The notes beneath the pieces were generated by a model that saw only the letters and a list, made by a program, of their open reading frames with translations, searched no databases and had not been told where the DNA came from. The translations under genes were made by a program, and so were the position numbers. Below, in pieces: positions 58,902-64,000 of a stretch of 64,000 nt of DNA (positions within the stretch are counted from its first letter, which is position 1; each line of letters opens with the position of its first letter). The stretch covers positions 2,720,001 through 2,784,000 of the forward strand of contig OY760907.1 of NCBI GenBank assembly GCA_963664195.1. The letters are read 5' to 3'. The DNA comes from an uncultured candidate division Zixibacteria bacterium. Its GTDB lineage: Bacteria; Zixibacteria; MSB-5A5; GN15; FEB-12.

Positions 58902-59471
58902 ATGCCAGACCACAACGACACCATGGCTTCAGCCTTCAGCACCAGCAAACTCCGACGGTCAGCCGCTTTCATGGGCTTTTCCGCCGTGCTCGTTTCGGGT
59001 GCCGTAATCACCGTTTACAACAGCATGACTCCCGATCCGGTCAGCGTCTCGGGGTCAGACAGCATGCAACTGGCGATCACGACTCTCATGCCGTATATGA
59101 TCTCGGCGGTGATTGCAGCCATCACGGCAATAGGCGTTATGACCATTCTGCCGGTCTCCCGTATGGAAGCTCCGGCTCGCGAAGTCATAGCCCAGCTGAA
59201 CGAACTCGGCGCCGGCGATCTTACTGCGCGAGTCAGACTTAGCTCGGATGATCCCCTCCGCGATGTCGCCAACTCGTTCAATGCGGCGGCCATCAACCTC
59301 AGCTCGGAGATTGCGAGTTGGAAAATCATTAACCGTCAGCAGTGGGGAGCGCTCTGCCGGATTCGACATGCGGTTGAAAGCGGAGATACCGGAAGCGCTC
59401 TGAGATTCGTAGCCGAGATGGAGCAGAACTGGGATAAGATCGCCGAAATCGAGGGCCGAATAATCTCGTAG
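58902..59471 (+). CDS. Two-TM HAMP-domain protein
   Basis: RBS AGGAG; two TMs then PAREVIAQLNELGAGDLTARVRL..DDPLRDVANSFN. Confidence 0.78.
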   Translation: MPDHNDTMASAFSTSKLRRSAAFMGFSAVLVSGAVITVYNSMTPDPVSVSGSDSMQLAITTLMPYMISAVIAAITAIGVMTILPVSRMEAPAREVIAQLNELGAGDLTARVRLSSDDPLRDVANSFNAAAINLSSEIASWKIINRQQWGALCRIRHAVESGDTGSALRFVAEMEQNWDKIAEIEGRIIS

Positions 59472-59475
59472 AGAC

Positions 59476-60486
59476 CTAGCTGTCTGACAGCTTTTCCTCT
59501 ACCTTGCGAAGGCGCTTCACTATCTCTGGCAGATTTCTGAGAGCGGCCTCGATACGACGGGTCTTTGAGGCCAATCTGCCCGGATTTCCGAGCATGGTCT
59601 CGCCCGGCGCTACTGATTTGGTAATGAGTGTATGAGCTGCGATAATAGCGTCGTGGCCAACCTCGATGTGGCCCGCCACGCTTGCCTTTCCGGCCAATGT
59701 GACACGGTCTTCGATAACCACAGATCCCGCTATTCCCACCTGGGCGACGATAATGCAAAAGTCACCGATCTGCACGTTGTGCCCCACCTGCACGAGATTG
59801 TCGATCTTGGTGCCGCGTCCGATTCGAGTAGGTCCAATAGCACCGCGGTCGATTGTGGTGTTGGCACCGATCTCGACATCACTGCCGATCTCCACGTTTC
59901 CCACCTGCGGAATCTTGAACGGTCCGGTTTCCGAGGCAGCATAGCCAAAGCCGTCGGAACCTATCACAACACCCGGATGCAGAGTCACGTTGTCCCCCAG
60001 GACGCAATCGTCGAGAATGCGCACACCGGGGTAGAGGAGGCAGTTGCTGCCAATTGTAACATTGCTCCCCACATACACTGAGGATACGAGTTGCGTATCG
60101 GTGCCTATATGGACGTCCTGTCCAATATGACATAGAGGGCCGACGCCAGCCGACTGCTCGACCCGGGCGTTATTACCTACTACTGAGGATTTGTCGATAC
60201 CCGGCTGCACCACACGTTTCAGCGGATGAAACAGCGACATCACGCGAGCGAATGTCAGATAGGGATCAGCGTGTCGTAGAGCCGGAATGTCGGGGCAGGG
60301 AGTGGCCGGGTCGAGAATGAGCGCTGCCGCCGAAGTTGTCGCGATAAACTTGACGTACTTCTTGTTGGCGACAAAACTGATCATGCCCGGACCGGCCGAT
60401 TCGATCGGGGCCAGTCCGTTGATGATAGTGTCGGGGTTGCCGTCGATATCGCCGCCCACGACGGCGGCGATATCAGCGAGCGTCAT
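59476..60486 (-). CDS. lpxD: UDP-3-O-acylglucosamine N-acyltransferase
   Basis: MTLADIA, DPYLTFA, IGSDGFGY, EIGANTTIDRG, KIDNLVQVGHNV hexapeptide repeats. Confidence 0.96.
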   Translation of the reverse strand: MTLADIAAVVGGDIDGNPDTIINGLAPIESAGPGMISFVANKKYVKFIATTSAAALILDPATPCPDIPALRHADPYLTFARVMSLFHPLKRVVQPGIDKSSVVGNNARVEQSAGVGPLCHIGQDVHIGTDTQLVSSVYVGSNVTIGSNCLLYPGVRILDDCVLGDNVTLHPGVVIGSDGFGYAASETGPFKIPQVGNVEIGSDVEIGANTTIDRGAIGPTRIGRGTKIDNLVQVGHNVQIGDFCIIVAQVGIAGSVVIEDRVTLAGKASVAGHIEVGHDAIIAAHTLITKSVAPGETMLGNPGRLASKTRRIEAALRNLPEIVKRLRKVEEKLSDS

Positions 60487-60493
60487 TGAAATA

Positions 60494-61030
60494 CTACTGG
60501 TCGAGTTTCTCAAGTTGGGCGAGGACCTTATCCGTTACGTCCAGGGTTTCCTTGATGTAACCGATACCGGACTGCAGGGTGAGAATCAGGTCGTAGTCGT
60601 TTTCGATTGCCACCAGTTCAATTGCCTTGGTGAGGTTGTCCTGAATCGGTGAGACCAATTCCATATACTTCCTCTCAGCGCTGCCACCGGGACCGTAGAC
60701 TGTGCGAGTGAAAGTATCCAGAGCATCTTTCTTCACCCGGATAGTCGCCTCACGCTCTTTCTTTTTGTCTTCGGACAGGATCAGCTTCTGCTTGTCGTAT
60801 TCATCGATCATCTCTTCCAGTTCGGTCTGCATGGCCAGGGCTTCGTCGTCCCATGCCTTGCGTTCGATTTCCCACTGGTCTTCGGCGCGCTGCCACTCAC
60901 GGTAATTCTCTTTGATGACTTCATCGTTGACGTATCCGATTTTGGCTCCCTGGCCGAAAGCGGTGCCGCATGCTGCCAGTATGACAAACATGCAAGCCAG
61001 AACAAGTATTGTTTTGTTGATGGTACGCAT
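60494..61030 (-). CDS. skp: OmpH/Skp outer-membrane chaperone
   Basis: Signal peptide, KIGYVN, coiled coil, YDLIL...DVTDKVL; between bamA and lpxD. Confidence 0.92.
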   Translation of the reverse strand: MRTINKTILVLACMFVILAACGTAFGQGAKIGYVNDEVIKENYREWQRAEDQWEIERKAWDDEALAMQTELEEMIDEYDKQKLILSEDKKKEREATIRVKKDALDTFTRTVYGPGGSAERKYMELVSPIQDNLTKAIELVAIENDYDLILTLQSGIGYIKETLDVTDKVLAQLEKLDQ

Positions 61031-61060
61031 ACCGTCCTCTCCTGCGTCGTTATATGTCTA

Positions 61061-63559
61061 CTATCTAATCGTCGTTCCAATTTGGAAATGAGGCCGCCAC
61101 GACCTGTCGTCGTTTTCATCAGGGGGATCGTCAAGCGGTTTGGCGAAATCAAATCCAATCGTGCCGATACCCGGCACCAATACTCTGAACCCCACTCCCA
61201 CTCCCTTATACATGTCAGTGAACGGTTTGATGTCGTTGGCGTGCAGCCAGGAGTTGCCGGCGTCGAAGAAAACCAGCCCGTACACGCTACGCTCGACAAT
61301 CGGTATCTGCAATTCTATGTTGGATACCAGCATATACTTGCCCCGAACACGCGTGGTGAACGAAGAAGTAGTGTACGTGGAATCCGGCTCGTCACCCGGT
61401 TCTATGTTCTCCGGATCATCGTTATACCAGACGGTCGTGCGGCTTCCGGTCACCACTGAGTCAGGGGTGAGGGTGCCGTCATCGTAGCCGCGAACGGTGC
61501 CGTCATAGGCCGTACCGCCCGGGTTGAACCGATCAGAGATCAGTATCCTCTTGTCCAGATCATCATCCGAACCGCCTATTATGACGCCGTACTGTACTTT
61601 GGCCGCCAGTGCCACTTTCCAGAACAGCGGGACGAACTTGGCGAAACTGATCCGATGGCGCTGGTATCGCCAGTAGCCGGTCAACGGTCCGCCGGTGTTC
61701 TCAAATGAATACGAGAACAGTGAGCCGGAGGTAGAAAATTCTGGAAGGTTTCGGGAGTCACGAGTGAGCGTGAGGGCAATCCTTGAGGCTGACTTCCACT
61801 CTTCCTCATAAGCAACGACAGAACCGGGGAGAGCCTCTTCAATCCGCGTGCTGTCAACATGCTCGTTGTGCAAAGCCCCATCTCTCAGTTCAACCCAGTC
61901 GTAGTTGACTAACGTCGTGCGCGAATTCTGTTCGAGGAAGTCATCGTCATAGTCGTGGAAGCGATTGCGCTCAACACGGTAGGATCCTACGATTCTGAAA
62001 TAGTTGTCCGGCCAACGGAGACGTCGTCCGAGTCTGATGGAGGCACCCTGGCGTCCCTCGGTGTAGTCGTCGTACCAGCGACGGTTGAGCGAGAAGATGT
62101 CTGCGCCAAACAGCGTGGGGCGTCCGCACAGCCACGGTTCGGTGAACGAAACTGAGAACGAACTGCGATTTTTGCCGAACTCAATGTTAAACGACAGGCT
62201 CTGGCCGTTGCCCCGGAAATTCGGAATGCCCATGCCGAGCGAACCAACCAGCTTGTCCTGACTGTTGTAACCCGCGCCGGCAGAAACCTGGCCGGTCTGC
62301 TTTTCCGTTACCTTGAATTCGAGATCAATATCACCGTTCGGCAAATCAATCGGCACCGGTTCGACATTGGAAAAGAAGTTTAGCGCCATGGCGTCGCGAA
62401 CAGAACGCATCAGCAGTGACCGGTTAAATATCTGTCCCGGCCTGACGGCGAACTCGCGACGAATCACGTGGTCCTTCGTGCGGGTATTACCCGTGATCTT
62501 AACCAGATTGATATGCGCCGGAAGGCCCTCGGTGATATTGTAGCTAATATCGATAACCGAGTCGGCCCGGGTGGTGCGTTCGTCGAATACCCGACAGTGA
62601 AGGTGACCGATCTCCTGGTAGGCCGTATAGATTTCAAAGACGGACTCTTCGTACTTCTCGGTATCGAAGACCTTGCCTTCCTTGAATTTCATCTTACTTG
62701 CAAGATACTTGTCGGAGATGATCTCGTTTTGATTGAACTCAACCGTGCCAAAGTAATACCGCGGTCCCTCATACACGTTCAGGTGAACCGTCATTTTGTT
62801 GCTGGCCGTGTCGATACTGGTGCTGTCGGAGATCATGAAGGCATCGAGATAGCCCCGCTTGTGATACTCCTCGATGACTTTCTCAAGGTCTTCTTCGTAC
62901 TTCTCCTGGGCGAAGTCGGAGCTTTTCAGGAAACCGCGCTTGCGGTTACGCATTTCCTTGATGAGGGTCTTTTTGTGGACCCGGTCGTTGCCGGTGACCT
63001 CGACTTTTTCGACCTTGATCTTGGACTTCTCTTCTATCTTGAAGGTCAGGATTGCTTCGGTCGAATCGCTGTTGTAATCGAGAATACCCTCAACCTTAGC
63101 CTGAAAGTAGCCTTTCTTGGCATACTTGTCGGCAATCTCCTGGCGTTTGAGATGGATGAGGTAAGGGGAGATGTAGCCACCCACGCCAAGGCCGAGAGAC
63201 TCCTTCAGATCTTTGGACTTGATCTTCTTGTTGCCCTCGAATTCAAGGCCGGCGAGTTTGGGAAGCTCCTTGACGGTGATAAACACCTTGAGCCCCCCCG
63301 GCGCTTCTTCGGCATCAAGGCGCACATCGGAAAACAATCCCAGACCGTAGAGGCGGTGTATTGTTTTCTGAATGACTGCCGGAGTCAACGGGGAGCCCTT
63401 TACAATAGAGGACACTCCCATGATGAGCGATTCGGTTGCTATGCGGTTGCCATGAATCTCAATATCAACCACATTATATTCGACCTGGGCATTAACCAGG
63501 CCGGAGAGAGCGACAAAAAGCAACAGGGCGACAAGAGCGGTCCGTGCTCCAACAATCAT
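61061..63559 (-). CDS. bamA: Outer membrane protein assembly factor BamA
   Basis: Five POTRA domains, GNTRTKDHVIRRE, NFRGNGQ, VRGY loop-6 motif, FFDAGNSW. Confidence 0.96.
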   Translation of the reverse strand: MIVGARTALVALLLFVALSGLVNAQVEYNVVDIEIHGNRIATESLIMGVSSIVKGSPLTPAVIQKTIHRLYGLGLFSDVRLDAEEAPGGLKVFITVKELPKLAGLEFEGNKKIKSKDLKESLGLGVGGYISPYLIHLKRQEIADKYAKKGYFQAKVEGILDYNSDSTEAILTFKIEEKSKIKVEKVEVTGNDRVHKKTLIKEMRNRKRGFLKSSDFAQEKYEEDLEKVIEEYHKRGYLDAFMISDSTSIDTASNKMTVHLNVYEGPRYYFGTVEFNQNEIISDKYLASKMKFKEGKVFDTEKYEESVFEIYTAYQEIGHLHCRVFDERTTRADSVIDISYNITEGLPAHINLVKITGNTRTKDHVIRREFAVRPGQIFNRSLLMRSVRDAMALNFFSNVEPVPIDLPNGDIDLEFKVTEKQTGQVSAGAGYNSQDKLVGSLGMGIPNFRGNGQSLSFNIEFGKNRSSFSVSFTEPWLCGRPTLFGADIFSLNRRWYDDYTEGRQGASIRLGRRLRWPDNYFRIVGSYRVERNRFHDYDDDFLEQNSRTTLVNYDWVELRDGALHNEHVDSTRIEEALPGSVVAYEEEWKSASRIALTLTRDSRNLPEFSTSGSLFSYSFENTGGPLTGYWRYQRHRISFAKFVPLFWKVALAAKVQYGVIIGGSDDDLDKRILISDRFNPGGTAYDGTVRGYDDGTLTPDSVVTGSRTTVWYNDDPENIEPGDEPDSTYTTSSFTTRVRGKYMLVSNIELQIPIVERSVYGLVFFDAGNSWLHANDIKPFTDMYKGVGVGFRVLVPGIGTIGFDFAKPLDDPPDENDDRSWRPHFQIGTTIR

Positions 63560-63587
63560 CGGTAATTTCCAGTGTGCGAGACAGGTT

Positions 63588-63902
63588 TTATGATACGACT
63601 ATCTTCTTGACCTTTATTCTGGTCTGGTCCTGCCGGTGACCCTGGGTCCGACGGTATTTGGTGCGACGCTTGTACTTATAAATGAGTACTTTGTCTGCTT
63701 TATCGTTGGCCAGTACCTCGGCCTCGACCTTGGCACCTTCGACCAGCGGAGTACCTATATGTGTGGTATCATTGTCCTTGACGAGTAGTACGTCGGGAAT
63801 CTCAAATGTCTCACCCACAGCAGTTTTCTGCCGCGGGACTGTAAGCACGGCTCCTTCTTCAGCATTATACTGGAAACCGGACACCTCAAAGACAGCGTAC
63901 AT
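63588..63902 (-). CDS. rplU: 50S ribosomal protein bL21
   Basis: MYAVFEVSGFQY, IGTPLVEGAKV, YKRRTKYRRTQGHRQ; RBS AAGGA. Confidence 0.96.
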   Translation of the reverse strand: MYAVFEVSGFQYNAEEGAVLTVPRQKTAVGETFEIPDVLLVKDNDTTHIGTPLVEGAKVEAEVLANDKADKVLIYKYKRRTKYRRTQGHRQDQTRIKVKKIVVS

Positions 63903-63957
63903 TGTGTTCCTTTCGACGGCAACAGAAGTTGTTTGCCAGTTTAGAGTTAAGCCAAAC

Positions 63958-63985
63958 AAACTAATGTTTTCGCCCGTTAAGTCAA
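63958..63985 (-). promoter_or_regulatory. Putative sigma70 promoter for rplU
   Basis: Minus strand TTGACT-16 nt-TAGTTT. Confidence 0.45.
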
Positions 63986-64000
63986 GCTCAAACTTGTTTC

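Noticed and set aside
62468..63565. 365-aa plus-strand ORF
   Set aside because: Antisense shadow of bamA.

Overview
Gene-dense bacterial chromosomal window from a diderm anaerobe. The T9SS-type C-terminal domains, PorV/PorQ-like barrels, Tol-Pal and BamA-Skp-LpxD fit an FCB-related lineage such as candidate Zixibacteria (tentative inference). Most of it is housekeeping: isocitrate/isopropylmalate dehydrogenase, smpB-amiC-murI-rdgB, ligA, tol-pal, ppdK, ADP-forming acyl-CoA synthetase, gltX, glnS, ferritin/peroxiredoxin/FNR, nadA, E2-lipB-fabL, nadE-rsmI-PAP2-lgt, ssb and rplU-bamA-skp-lpxD. The standout is a roughly 15.4 kb divergently transcribed locus (22215-37646). Its left arm encodes an orphan GlmL/MutL-like ASKHA ATPase with no B12 mutase subunits in the window, an exported membrane-anchored protein and a barrel-sandwich-hybrid-motif protein. 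Its right arm is one 12-gene operon built from three diverged tandem copies of a four-gene membrane module (A-B-C-D). Subunits A and C look like distant paralogs inserted in opposite membrane orientations, which points to an uncharacterised transporter or membrane machine, possibly ATP-energised. Other points of note: a DUF5677/HEPN-like gene in the usual rph slot, a PhaR-phasin fusion with a nested start and a palindromic operator, a PPDK with histone-H1-like tails, and a small basic orphan gene with its own near-consensus promoter. No tRNA, rRNA, CRISPR array or transposase was recognised. All family assignments come from recognising motifs by eye, not from database searches.
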